Shown here one piece after another: positions 1 through 9,031 of a stretch of 64,000 bases of DNA. Source of the stretch: Chloroflexota bacterium. GTDB lineage: Bacteria > Chloroflexota > Anaerolineae > Anaerolineales > Villigracilaceae. The translations under genes were made by a program, and so were the position numbers. A model generated the notes under the pieces. The model saw only the letters and a program-made list of their open reading frames with translations. It made no database searches and had not been told where the DNA came from. The DNA lies in assembly GCA_049324715.1 (NCBI GenBank), contig JBMOMR010000049.1, positions 8,026 to 72,025 on the forward strand, written 5' to 3'. Every line of letters starts with the position of its first letter. Position 1 is the stretch's first letter.

Positions 1-1154
1 AAGCACAGGATCGGCTGACGTTCCTTCTTCGGTTTCAACGAACGGACGGCGATGTATTCCAGGATGCGTTCCTTCGGCTTCTTGAGTCCGTAGTGGTCGC
101 GGTCCAGGATCCGCGCCGCGTTCTTCACGTCGAGATTATCTTCGGTGACGTTCATCCACGGCAGGTCGAGAATCCAATCGAGATAGGTGCGGATGATGCC
201 CACTTCGGGGGCCATCGGCGGCATCTGGTTCAGGCGCTCCAGTTCCTTCATCGCCACTTTGCGCGCCTCGTCGGGCAAGGCGGCCTTCTCGATGCGCTGT
301 TTCAGTTCGTTGGCGTCCTTGGTGAAAATGTCTCCCTCGCCCAGCTCGGTCTGGATCTGCTTCATCTGCTCGCGCAGATAGTACTCGCGTTGACTCTTGT
401 CCACTTCGTTCTGGACGCGCGAATGGATCTCGTCTTCCAGTTCCAACACGTCCACTTCTTCGGCAAGAATTTTATTCATCCGTTGCAGGCGGGCGCGCGG
501 ATCGACCATCATCAAGAGCGTCTGCCGCTCCTCGAGGTTGAGCGAAAGCGACGTGGCGACCATGTCCGCAAGCCAGCCTGGCTCGGAGATGTTCATCGCG
601 AAGAGATGCGCCTCCTCGGGGATGGAGCGGTCAAGTTGCACACAGCGGTCGAAGAGGTCCAGCACGGAGCGCATCGTGGCCTGAGTCTGACGGTCGGCGG
701 TCGTCGGCTCGAAGACGACGCGCGCCCGCACCTTGATGTATGGCCGCACGCGGATGAACTCCACGATCTCGACGCGCCTGCGTCCCTGCACCAGCGCGGA
801 CGAGGAACCGTCGGGCATCGAGAGCAGGCGTCCAACCGCCATTTCCACGCCAATGGGCAAAAAGTCCTTCAAGCCAGGTTCTTCCACTTCGGGGTCGCGT
901 TGCGTCAGGCCGATCACGGTCTGATTGCGATGCTGTGCCTCCTGCAACGCGAGCAGGGAGCCTTCGCGGCCCACAAAGATCGGCGAGACCATGCGCGGGA
1001 ACACCACCAGGTCGCGTAACGGTAATACCAGCGCCTCGATGATTCCGTGCTCGTCCGCTTCCATGTTTGGCACGCGATAGAGTTCCTCGGTGCGTTGTGA
1101 AAGCGCCAGGTTAAAATTTTCGTCTTCTTCGTTCCAGTCTTCGGGATGATTCAT
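1..1154 (-). CDS. lon: ATP-dependent protease Lon, N-terminal part; the 3' end runs off the window start
   Basis: The reverse strand translates MNHPEDW...LPLRDLVVFP...LDRDHYGL.KPKERILEYIAV, a Lon N-terminal substrate-binding domain leading into the pre-AAA+ motif. The listed + strand ORF 93..1019 is its antisense shadow. Confidence 0.8.
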   Translation of the reverse strand, partial: MNHPEDWNEEDENFNLALSQRTEELYRVPNMEADEHGIIEALVLPLRDLVVFPRMVSPIFVGREGSLLALQEAQHRNQTVIGLTQRDPEVEEPGLKDFLPIGVEMAVGRLLSMPDGSSSALVQGRRRVEIVEFIRVRPYIKVRARVVFEPTTADRQTQATMRSVLDLFDRCVQLDRSIPEEAHLFAMNISEPGWLADMVATSLSLNLEERQTLLMMVDPRARLQRMNKILAEEVDVLELEDEIHSRVQNEVDKSQREYYLREQMKQIQTELGEGDIFTKDANELKQRIEKAALPDEARKVAMKELERLNQMPPMAPEVGIIRTYLDWILDLPWMNVTEDNLDVKNAARILDRDHYGLKKPKERILEYIAVRSLKPKKERQPILC

Positions 1155-1196
1155 TTCTGCTCGATTTTCGATTTACGATATTGAATTTACGATTTC

Positions 1197-1280
1197 CGTC
1201 ATTGCGAGCGGAGCGAAGCAATCTCCTACACGTTGTGCAGATTGCTTCGTCGGGGAAAGCGCCCTCCTCGCAATGACGGA
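1197..1280. promoter_or_regulatory. Long nested inverted repeat between the folC stop and the lon start, preceded by (CGATTT)n-like direct repeats at 1161-1197
   Basis: Outer arms CCGTCATTGCGAG / CTCGCAATGACGG and inner arms CGAAGCAATCT / AGATTGCTTCG, read directly from the sequence. Confidence 0.5.
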
Positions 1281-1299
1281 AGGAACAGCGAATAACCAT

Positions 1300-2625
1300 T
1301 TACAAATTACCACTTACCTTCTTCCACGCCGCCATCACCTCCGCAGTGACGAACATGCTCCCCGCGGATAGGACAATGCTACCATCTTTTGCGGATAGTT
1401 CCAGCGCCCGCGCCAACGCGGCCGAGACGGGCGTAACCGCTTCATTCGGGACTTCGAGCGTGTCAGCCAACCCCTGAATTTTCTCCACTTCCAGTGCGCG
1501 TGGATGGTCGGCGCGCGTGACAATGAGTTTGCGGATCTTCGGCTTCAACTCGCGTAGCATCCCCGCCAAATTCTTATCCTCCGAAGCGCCGAGGATAAGA
1601 TAAACGGGCCTTGCGGGGAAATACGTCTCCAGCGTTTCGCACAGACGGGCGAACGAGTCGTCGTTGTGCGCCGAGTCAAAGATGACGGGCGGCTCGCGGC
1701 GTGCCACTTCGAAGCGGGCGGGCCATTTTACCTGAGAAAACCCTTTTTGGATGTCTTTCTCGGAAATTGACAACCCACTTGTCTGGAGCGCGAGGTAGGC
1801 AGTGGCCGCGTTGATCATTTGGTGCGTACCGAGTAATGGAATATTCACGTCTAATTTAGTAGCCCGCCGAACATCCGTTAGTCGAATGGACTGCCCATCC
1901 AATGTGGAATCCAACGATTCAAATTCGACATCTCGTCCCACCACGGTCAGGGATGCGCTCTTCTCTCTGGCTATACGCAAAAGAACTTCGGCTGCCTCCT
2001 CCTTCTGCGGAGAAGAGACAACAGGCACGCCCGCCTTGATGATGCCCGCCTTTTCGCCGGCGATCTTTGCCAGTGTGTCCCCGAGCACAGCCATATGATC
2101 CATCGAAAGTGACGTGATGACCGAGACGCGCGGCGTAACCACATTTGTCGCGTCGAGGCGCCCGCCGAGGCCCACTTCGACGATAGCCGCGTCCACGCCC
2201 GCGTGTTGAAAGGCGAGGAAGCCGATGGCTGTGGTAATCTCAAAGGTGGTCAGTTTGGGGATGCGCGCCACAGCGGGCTTCACCTCGTCCACGAGCGCGA
2301 CCAGCCTCTCGTGAGTCAGAGGCGAGCCGTCCACCTGGATCCGCTCCACGTAGTCTTCCAGATGCGGCGAGGTGTACAATCCCACCTTGTAGCCCGCGGC
2401 AGCCAAAGCGGAAGCGCACAATGCAGACGTGCTCCCCTTCCCCTTCGTCCCCGCCACGTGGATGATCGGATATGCATTTTGCGGATTGCCAAGCGCGTCC
2501 ATCAGGGCGAACATGCGGTCGAGGTTGAAATCGGCCTTCGCCAATTCAGAAACGTGTTTGAGACTATAATCCACAAAACTGTAGAGGTAATCAAGGGCAA
2601 GGTTGTAGGCGGTTTCGGTGTCCAT
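1300..2625 (-). CDS. folC: Bifunctional folylpolyglutamate synthase / dihydrofolate synthase
   Basis: Mur-ligase-type P-loop HVAGTKGKGST and overall FolC-like sequence over 441 aa. Confidence 0.85.
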   Translation of the reverse strand: MDTETAYNLALDYLYSFVDYSLKHVSELAKADFNLDRMFALMDALGNPQNAYPIIHVAGTKGKGSTSALCASALAAAGYKVGLYTSPHLEDYVERIQVDGSPLTHERLVALVDEVKPAVARIPKLTTFEITTAIGFLAFQHAGVDAAIVEVGLGGRLDATNVVTPRVSVITSLSMDHMAVLGDTLAKIAGEKAGIIKAGVPVVSSPQKEEAAEVLLRIAREKSASLTVVGRDVEFESLDSTLDGQSIRLTDVRRATKLDVNIPLLGTHQMINAATAYLALQTSGLSISEKDIQKGFSQVKWPARFEVARREPPVIFDSAHNDDSFARLCETLETYFPARPVYLILGASEDKNLAGMLRELKPKIRKLIVTRADHPRALEVEKIQGLADTLEVPNEAVTPVSAALARALELSAKDGSIVLSAGSMFVTAEVMAAWKKVSGNL

Positions 2626-2669
2626 GCTGTGATTGTAATCGGAAAATCAAATCATCAAAAAGGAACTCC

Positions 2670-3950
2670 ATGAAAGCGCGCAACATTTTTCTCTTCATCA
2701 CCCTGATCGCTTCGCTCGTGCTTTCCTCCTGCGGGGGAATTCCCCAGGCCAGCGGGAACATCTCGTTCATGGTCTTCGGCGACCCCGCCGAACTCGCCGC
2801 CTACCAAACTTTGGTGGACGCCTTCCACGCGAAACATCCCGAAATCAAAGTGGAATTGATCCACATCCCCGGGCAATCGGACTACCGCAAACGCCTCGCC
2901 GCGGACCTGACAGCGAGTACGCCCGCCGATGTGGTACTCATCAACTATCGGCGTTACGCGCCCTTCGCCGCGCTGGGTGCGCTGACCCCGCTGGATTCGT
3001 ACTTCAACAATTCCGAATTGATTGCGAAGGAGGATTTCTACTCCGAATCGTTCGACCCCTTCATCTACGAGGGACAGTTGATGTGCATCCCGCAGAACCT
3101 TTCTAGCCTGGTCGTCTACTACAACAAGGAACTCTTCGATCAGGCGGGCGTCGCCTACCCGTCCGCAGATTGGACGTGGGACGACTTCCTCGCCACCGCG
3201 CAGGCGTTGACCCAAGACACGAACGGCGATGGGACGACCGACCAATTCGGCGTCGGCATCGAAGCCTCGCTCATCCGCTTCGCACCATTCGTCTGGCAGG
3301 CGGGCGGCGATCTCGTGGACGATGAAACCAATCCCACCATGTTGATGCTCGACACTGACGAAGCCTTCGACGCCATTGATTTCTTCGTCAGCCTGCAGAC
3401 CATCCACCACGTGGTACCCAACGCAGAAGAGGAAACCGCGCAGGATAGCGAAAGCCGCTTCATCAATGGTACAACGGCGATGTTCTTCAACAGCCGCCGC
3501 GGCGTGCCCACCTACCGCGAGTCCGCTGTCTTCGATTGGGACGTGGCCGCCCTGCCGCAAGGCGAGACCAAAGCGGGCATCCTCCATGCGGACGGCTACT
3601 GCCTGCCGAGTGCCTCGAAGAACAAGGACGCCGCCTGGGTCTTCATTGAATTCGCAAACTCCGCCGAGGGCCAGACCATCGTCGCCGCGTCGGGACGAAC
3701 TGTCCCTTCGTTGAAAGCGGTCGCCAACTCGCCCGCCTTCCTCGACCCGAAGTCCCGACCCGCCAACAGCCGCGTCTTCCTCGACACCATCCCGTTCATG
3801 CGCGCCCTGCCCGTCCACGCGAACTGGGCCGAGATCGAAGACGCCGCGGGCGAGGAAATCTGGCGCGCTTTCTATGGTGAGGCCGATCCATATGAAGCCC
3901 TGATTCGCGCCGTGGAACGCTCGCGCGAGATTTTCGCGCTTACTCAATGA
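2670..3950 (+). CDS. Carbohydrate ABC transporter substrate-binding lipoprotein (solute-binding family 1)
   Basis: Signal peptide with lipobox LSSCGG; family-1 SBP-like sequence; followed by two permease genes. Confidence 0.8.
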   Translation: MKARNIFLFITLIASLVLSSCGGIPQASGNISFMVFGDPAELAAYQTLVDAFHAKHPEIKVELIHIPGQSDYRKRLAADLTASTPADVVLINYRRYAPFAALGALTPLDSYFNNSELIAKEDFYSESFDPFIYEGQLMCIPQNLSSLVVYYNKELFDQAGVAYPSADWTWDDFLATAQALTQDTNGDGTTDQFGVGIEASLIRFAPFVWQAGGDLVDDETNPTMLMLDTDEAFDAIDFFVSLQTIHHVVPNAEEETAQDSESRFINGTTAMFFNSRRGVPTYRESAVFDWDVAALPQGETKAGILHADGYCLPSASKNKDAAWVFIEFANSAEGQTIVAASGRTVPSLKAVANSPAFLDPKSRPANSRVFLDTIPFMRALPVHANWAEIEDAAGEEIWRAFYGEADPYEALIRAVERSREIFALTQ

Positions 3951-4033
3951 TATGAAAACGGGACGCGGAGAACGCGGATGGACGCGGATACACGCTGATT
4001 TTTCTTTTTTCTCCGCGTTTTCCGCTTAAATCC

Positions 4034-4936
4034 GTGCCCGTCCGCGTCCATTTTCTTCAAACCATCGTGAAATCCACCCGACGCCAATCCCTCGCCCTGC
4101 TCACCCCCTACCTGCTGGGAGCATTCCTGCTCGTTGCCCTCCCAGCAGGCATTTCCTTCGCGCTGGCATTTCATCGTTACAACGGCATCACCCCGCCCGT
4201 CTTCAACGGTATTCAAAATTTCCAATATCTGCGTCTCGAGCCGCTGGCCTGGGTGGCCATCATCAACTCCCTGCTCTACATCGTGCAGGCCGTCCCGCTT
4301 CGCATTCTCGCCGCGCTCGGGCTGGCTCTCCTCCTCAACCGTCCGCGCAAAGGAATCGGCGTCTATCGCGCCGCGGCCTACCTCCCCACCGTCATCCCCG
4401 ACGCCGCCTACGCCCTCACCTGGACGTGGATTCTCAACCCCATTTACGGGCCGCTCAACCTCGTCCTTGGCGCGCTCGGCCTGTCCACTCCCGCCTGGCT
4501 CGCGGATCAGGATTGGGCGTTGCGTGGACTCGTCCTGATGTCCCTGTTTCAGGTCGGCGAGGGATTCGTCATCCTGCTGGCGGGCCTCCGTCACATCCCG
4601 CGCGAATACTACGACGCCTCCCGCGTCGACGGCGCGAGCCGCGTCCAGCAATTTTTCCGAATCACCCTGCCCCTGCTCAGTCCGTGGCTCATCCTGCTCA
4701 GCATCCGCGACATTGCCCTCTCCTTCCAAAACACCTTCACCCCCGCCTACCTGATGACGCGCGGCGGTCCCTACTACGCCACTTTCTTCGCCCCGCTGAT
4801 GATCTACGAAGAGGCCCTCGACAACTTCCGCTTCGGGATTGGCTCGGCCATGATGCTGATCATCTTTGCCGTGACTTTGATCCTCTCCCTGCTGGCCTAT
4901 TTCGTGTTCGAGGAATCGGGATTGGATGCAGACTAA
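4034..4936 (+). CDS. Carbohydrate ABC transporter permease (MalF/UgpA-like)
   Basis: Six predicted TM helices; EAA-like loop GLRHIPREYYDASRVDGAS. Confidence 0.8.
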   Translation: MPVRVHFLQTIVKSTRRQSLALLTPYLLGAFLLVALPAGISFALAFHRYNGITPPVFNGIQNFQYLRLEPLAWVAIINSLLYIVQAVPLRILAALGLALLLNRPRKGIGVYRAAAYLPTVIPDAAYALTWTWILNPIYGPLNLVLGALGLSTPAWLADQDWALRGLVLMSLFQVGEGFVILLAGLRHIPREYYDASRVDGASRVQQFFRITLPLLSPWLILLSIRDIALSFQNTFTPAYLMTRGGPYYATFFAPLMIYEEALDNFRFGIGSAMMLIIFAVTLILSLLAYFVFEESGLDAD

Positions 4937-5744
4937 AACCCCCGCCTCCTTCCTGACCCGCCACCTGCTTCCGTTTCTATTGACGGGACTCTTCCTCCTG
5001 CCCCTCGTCTGGATGTTCTCCGCCTCCCTACGCGTCGCGGGGATGCCTCCCAGCCCCACCTTCGAACTGATTCCCCACCCGTGGACATTCGCCAACTACG
5101 CGCACATCTTCGACATCCTGCCCTTCGGACGCTACCTGCTCAACTCCCTCTTCGTCGCGCTGACGGGTGTCCTGCTCACCCTGCTGACGGCTTCGTGGGC
5201 TGGCTTCGGGATGTCGCAACTCGGTCCGCGTGCCCGCTTGCGCCTGCTGGTGCTGTCCATCATCCTGCTGATGATCCCTGTCACCGCGTTGTGGCTGGCG
5301 CGTTTTGTCTTCTTCGCCTGGCTGGGAATCAGCAACTCGCACTTCGCATTGATCGCCCCCGCGCTGATGGGATCGAGTCCGCTCTTCATCCTGCTCTTCT
5401 ACTGGAACTTTCGCCGCGTGGACCGCGCCGTCTTTGAGTCCGCGCAAATGGACGGGGCCAATCTGCTGAAAATCTGGTGGCACATCGCCCTGCCGCTGGC
5501 GCGTCCCGCGTTGATGGCGGTCGGGATGCTGGCCTTCTTCTTCTATTGGAACGACTTCATCAATCCCCTGCTCTATCTCCGCTCGCAGACGCTCTACACC
5601 CTGCCCGTCGGCCTGCTCCAACTCCAGGAAATGGACAAAACCAACTGGCCGCTCCTCATGGCCGCCTCCGTTGTGATGACCGTCCCCGCGCTGGCGGTGT
5701 TTACTGCTTTGCAACGTACCTTGCTGTGGTGGGAGATGGAATGA
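4926..5744 (+). CDS. Carbohydrate ABC transporter permease (MalG/UgpE-like)
   Basis: TM permease with ESAQMDGAN EAA motif; overlaps the upstream permease by 11 nt. Confidence 0.8.
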   Translation: MQTKTPASFLTRHLLPFLLTGLFLLPLVWMFSASLRVAGMPPSPTFELIPHPWTFANYAHIFDILPFGRYLLNSLFVALTGVLLTLLTASWAGFGMSQLGPRARLRLLVLSIILLMIPVTALWLARFVFFAWLGISNSHFALIAPALMGSSPLFILLFYWNFRRVDRAVFESAQMDGANLLKIWWHIALPLARPALMAVGMLAFFFYWNDFINPLLYLRSQTLYTLPVGLLQLQEMDKTNWPLLMAASVVMTVPALAVFTALQRTLLWWEME

Positions 5745-5753
5745 TATGTTTGC

Positions 5754-5810
5754 TTGACTTCTCTCTCTAAAAGATGTACAATTTGTATAATTTGTACGTC
5801 TTGTACATCA
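5754..5810 (+). promoter_or_regulatory. Sigma70-like promoter TTGACT-N17-TACAAT with three TGTACA palindromic operator repeats upstream of the yefM-relE pair
   Basis: TTGACT at 5754-5759 and TACAAT at 5777-5782; TGTACA at 5775, 5793 and 5802; SD AAGGAGA at 5812-5818. Confidence 0.55.
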
Positions 5811-5822
5811 TAAGGAGACAAA

Positions 5823-6098
5823 ATGCCTACTTTAACAATTCAAAGCGGCGAAGCGCGCGCCAAATTCCGTGATTTATTGGATAACGTATTGGCTGGTAAA
5901 GGCGACGTGATCATCGAACGCAACGGCAAAAGCGTCGCAGTTGTGATTCCAGCGGTGGACTACGAGCAAATCCGCGCAGAATTGGATGAAATGCGCGCCG
6001 TGCGGGAAGCCGCGGCGGCCTACGAAGAATGGAAGAGCGACCCATCCGTTGCCCGTGCATGGGAGGATGTGGATGCAGAGTTGGGAAAAACAGGATGA
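5823..6098 (+). CDS. Type II antitoxin, Phd/YefM family
   Basis: 91 aa with Phd/YefM-like N-terminus; the stop overlaps the downstream toxin start (ATGA). Confidence 0.8.
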   Translation: MPTLTIQSGEARAKFRDLLDNVLAGKGDVIIERNGKSVAVVIPAVDYEQIRAELDEMRAVREAAAAYEEWKSDPSVARAWEDVDAELGKTG

Positions 6099-6367
6099 CC
6101 GAGGCGCGCTGGCAGGTCATCATCCACCGCAAGGCGGAAAAAATATTGAAGCGGCTGGATGGTGACATACTGGAACGCATCCGCCGCGCCATCCGTGGCT
6201 TGGCCAGCGAACCTCGCCCCATGGGCTATAAAAAACTAAGCGGCTATGAAAATCTCTATCGCCTGCGCGTCGGAGATTGGCGAATCATCTACGCCATCGA
6301 GGATGATAAATTGATCGTGCTGGTGCTTGAGATTTCCACACGCGGCGGCGCTTATCGCGACTTTTAA
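6095..6367 (+). CDS. Type II toxin, RelE/ParE family mRNA interferase
   Basis: About 90 aa, MTEARWQVIIHRKAEKILKRL...YRLRVGDWRIIYAIEDDKLIVLVLEISTR is a RelE/StbE fold signature. The ATG lies inside the listed longer ORF 6029..6367. Confidence 0.8.
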   Translation: MTEARWQVIIHRKAEKILKRLDGDILERIRRAIRGLASEPRPMGYKKLSGYENLYRLRVGDWRIIYAIEDDKLIVLVLEISTRGGAYRDF

Positions 6368-6484
6368 TGGCTGTCGTTCCCGCGCTCAAAAATAAGGCTC
6401 ATTGGGAATTTTCGTGACGCGCCCCACTTATAGGGGCGAACCCGTGTGTCCGCACTATAATTTCAAAATAGCCATCCACTGGAG

Positions 6485-7426
6485 TTGACCATGCAACGCC
6501 TCTTGTTTTTATCCCTCCTGACAATTTTCTTGAGCGCCTGTGCCGCGCCGATGACCAGCACGCCCATTCAGACTTCGGAAGTCAACATCACTCCCACAAC
6601 CACACTAATGCCGCCAAGCGAGACGCCAACTTTGACTCCGCTTCCAGTGGCAACTGAGGATCCGTACGTTTGGCGTTTGGTGGGAGAGAAAGGGGAGATT
6701 GCGGTTAGAGACATTGATCTAACACTTTGGCCAGGGACAGAGGGAGAACAGAAGTTTGCGGTGAACCCAGAATATGCGGGACAGCTGCGCAGAGCGATGC
6801 TTATGCATATTTATGCGGTTAACTGGGCGGCGGATGAGACCTTTAAGGCACAATACAAGACATATGATAAATGGCAAGAGGCGATAGATGTGGAGCCAGA
6901 GAAGTTGTGGGATATTTATCTGGACGAGCCACATCCAACTGCCTACAATACGGGCGGGTGGGGGATGGTACAGCCAGTGAAGGTAAGACAGCCAGTGTCG
7001 CTAAAAAGCGTGAGTTTGGAGCTGGTAGCACCAGAAAAAGCGAGGCCGTTAGTAGATAAACAGCACGGATATACTAAGCAGCATGCCTACAATGCTTATC
7101 AATTGGAAGTCGTTGTTGGTCCAGGCGGGAAGCCGATGGTGCAAATGAACTTTGCAAATACAATGGAGAGTGATGATACTGTGCATGGCCTAACGGCAAT
7201 TAAGCCAGGGGTAAATATTGATGCAAACGCGAGAATGTATGTGATTGGTTTAAATATGTTTAAACAGTATGCCGAGTGGATGGCAGGAGGGTTTGGTGGG
7301 GATGATACACGGGTAATAATGGAAAGAGGAGCTTTGTCAGTTGATTCAACGCAGAATTTGGGAGAGTTAAAAAAGGATAAATTTGAAAGCTGGGCAAATG
7401 AGGAGCCTTTAGTAGTGCCGAGATAG
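6485..7426 (+). CDS. Hypothetical lipoprotein (lower-GC island)
   Basis: Signal peptide with lipobox LSAC; no recognisable domain; local GC clearly below the flanks. Confidence 0.55.
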   Translation: MTMQRLLFLSLLTIFLSACAAPMTSTPIQTSEVNITPTTTLMPPSETPTLTPLPVATEDPYVWRLVGEKGEIAVRDIDLTLWPGTEGEQKFAVNPEYAGQLRRAMLMHIYAVNWAADETFKAQYKTYDKWQEAIDVEPEKLWDIYLDEPHPTAYNTGGWGMVQPVKVRQPVSLKSVSLELVAPEKARPLVDKQHGYTKQHAYNAYQLEVVVGPGGKPMVQMNFANTMESDDTVHGLTAIKPGVNIDANARMYVIGLNMFKQYAEWMAGGFGGDDTRVIMERGALSVDSTQNLGELKKDKFESWANEEPLVVPR

Positions 7427-7451
7427 GAAGAGCGTTGATTTGACCCGATAG

Positions 7452-7964
7452 GTGTGGGATGATGGGAAGATGAAGCGGTTGCTGGTGGGAGTATTTGTAA
7501 TATTGGTTCTTCTGACGGTTACTGTAACAAGAATGGTAAAAATTAACGGGAAGGTGATATGGGTGAGTGCTTTCCCCGATAGAGGGTGGGTTATAAATGA
7601 GGAGGCGAGGGATATATTAGCAGAATTGGCGGGAGAGAGCGGTAATGAGGGGTGGGTGATCGTGTATTTGCCTGTGGCGTACAAAGAAACCAAGGTAGGC
7701 TACGGGCGGGGGGATGACCCGCCTTTGTACTATGCCGAGTGGAGCAGGTGGAGGCAGATCCCTGTTTTGCGAATTTATGTCAACTGGGGGCTGTGGCGGG
7801 AATATAGTGAGAGCAAACGGGATCAGGGACTGGCGGTAATAATTACAAAAGAGTTGCAGGAATTTTGGCAGGCAGGAGAAGTGGGGAAAACGGTGGAGAG
7901 GAAGGCGCTAAGCGGAGAGATCATGCCATGGGGACTGTGGGCGTGGGGGAGGGGAGATGAGTAG
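7452..7964 (+). CDS. Hypothetical membrane-anchored protein
   Basis: N-terminal TM helix; Trp/Tyr-rich; same island and strand as neighbours, with an 8-nt overlap onto the next gene. Confidence 0.45.
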   Translation: MWDDGKMKRLLVGVFVILVLLTVTVTRMVKINGKVIWVSAFPDRGWVINEEARDILAELAGESGNEGWVIVYLPVAYKETKVGYGRGDDPPLYYAEWSRWRQIPVLRIYVNWGLWREYSESKRDQGLAVIITKELQEFWQAGEVGKTVERKALSGEIMPWGLWAWGRGDE

Positions 7965-8265
7965 ACGTTGGCTACTGGTAGTTGCGATATTGATTGTGGG
8001 CATGTGGATGGGAGCAAGGGTGGTGCGGGCGGCGTGTACGGGAGAGGTAAAGTGTGCGTTTGATGATGATTTTGGGGCATGTGACTTTACTTCTGACCAG
8101 TATTATGTGCGGGCCTGTAATGACAGTTGTGGGAGTGGGACGTGTGACCCGCCAGAGTGCGAGATTAGTACCACGTGTGATACGGTGGGGGGTGGGGGGA
8201 CACTGCTGTGTGCGGATGCGACGCAGCCGACGTGTAGTCTGGGGGCGTGCAGCGGCAGAGAGTGA
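7957..8265 (+). CDS. Small secreted cysteine-rich protein
   Basis: Signal peptide followed by 11 Cys in roughly 75 mature residues, with Gly runs; ATGA-type overlap with the upstream gene. Confidence 0.45.
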   Translation: MSRRWLLVVAILIVGMWMGARVVRAACTGEVKCAFDDDFGACDFTSDQYYVRACNDSCGSGTCDPPECEISTTCDTVGGGGTLLCADATQPTCSLGACSGRE

Positions 8266-8280
8266 GGCTATAATTCAATC

Positions 8281-8700
8281 ATGGACACTTGCTTCGTCTG
8301 CCGCAAACACAATGGACTTGAACCCGCCCCTCCTGGCGGCTACATCTACGAGGACGCACACTGGATGGTTTGCCACGCGCCCACCAAAATGGGTCCACTG
8401 GGGACGCTGTTCATCGAGTCACGGCGGCACTTTCTCACCTACGCCGAAATGACGGACGAGGAGGCAGCGTCCCTCGGCGGCGTGTTGAAAAAGACCTATG
8501 CCGCGCTGATCCTTCACTCGCAAGCCGAACGCATCTACCAACTATCCACGATGGAGGGCGCGCCACACTTCCACTGCTGGATCGTCCCGCGCCGCAAGGA
8601 GGTCACCGAGCGCGGACTGAAATTCCTCACCCGCGACGATTCCTGCGATGACGCGGAGGCCGCGTCACTGGCGGAGAAAATCCGCGAAGCGATGAAGTAA
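8281..8700 (+). CDS. HIT-family (histidine triad) hydrolase
   Basis: HFHCWIVPR histidine-triad motif; N-terminal CxxC. Confidence 0.7.
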   Translation: MDTCFVCRKHNGLEPAPPGGYIYEDAHWMVCHAPTKMGPLGTLFIESRRHFLTYAEMTDEEAASLGGVLKKTYAALILHSQAERIYQLSTMEGAPHFHCWIVPRRKEVTERGLKFLTRDDSCDDAEAASLAEKIREAMK

Positions 8701-8732
8701 GGCGGAATGGCATTCCGCCCCACAAATTTACC

Positions 8733-9014
8733 ATGCTCGGACAACTCACCATTCACCTTCATCTTCCTGCCTGTTCCTCGCTCAAAGAAAAGCGCAGACG
8801 GCTCAAGCCGCTCATTGCGCGTTTACACAAGGAATTCAACGTCTCGGTGGCGGAGATGGATTTGCAAGACAAGTGGACGGAGGCGATCCTTGCCTGTGCG
8901 CTGGTCAACTCCGACGCGGTTGTGGTTCGCCAATCCCTGCAAAATGTGGCAAAATGGGTGGAATCCCATTGGACAGATGGGGATGTGATCGACCAAAAAA
9001 TCGAAATCGATTGA
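8733..9014 (+). CDS. DUF503 (YlxP-like) protein
   Basis: LTIHLHLPACSSLKEKRRRLKPLIARL...FNVSVAEMDLQDKW matches the YlxP family pattern. Confidence 0.7.
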   Translation: MLGQLTIHLHLPACSSLKEKRRRLKPLIARLHKEFNVSVAEMDLQDKWTEAILACALVNSDAVVVRQSLQNVAKWVESHWTDGDVIDQKIEID

Positions 9015-9031
9015 ACGTTTAACGTTCAACG

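Noticed and set aside
93-1019. 308-aa + strand ORF
   Set aside because: It is antisense to the Lon N-terminal domain. The opposite strand gives a clean Lon translation, and this ORF has Arg/His-rich high-GC shadow composition.
1111-1299. 62-aa - strand ORF spanning the folC-lon spacer
   Set aside because: It runs through the nested hairpin and overlaps the lon start. No RBS; likely non-coding.
2655-3947. 430-aa - strand ORF
   Set aside because: It fully overlaps the solute-binding protein gene on the + strand, which has a lipobox and SBP-family sequence. The composition is typical of a shadow ORF (R, G, E and D rich).
3944-5095. 383-aa - strand ORF
   Set aside because: It is antisense to the ABC permease genes. 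The product is low-complexity and Gly/Glu/Arg-rich.
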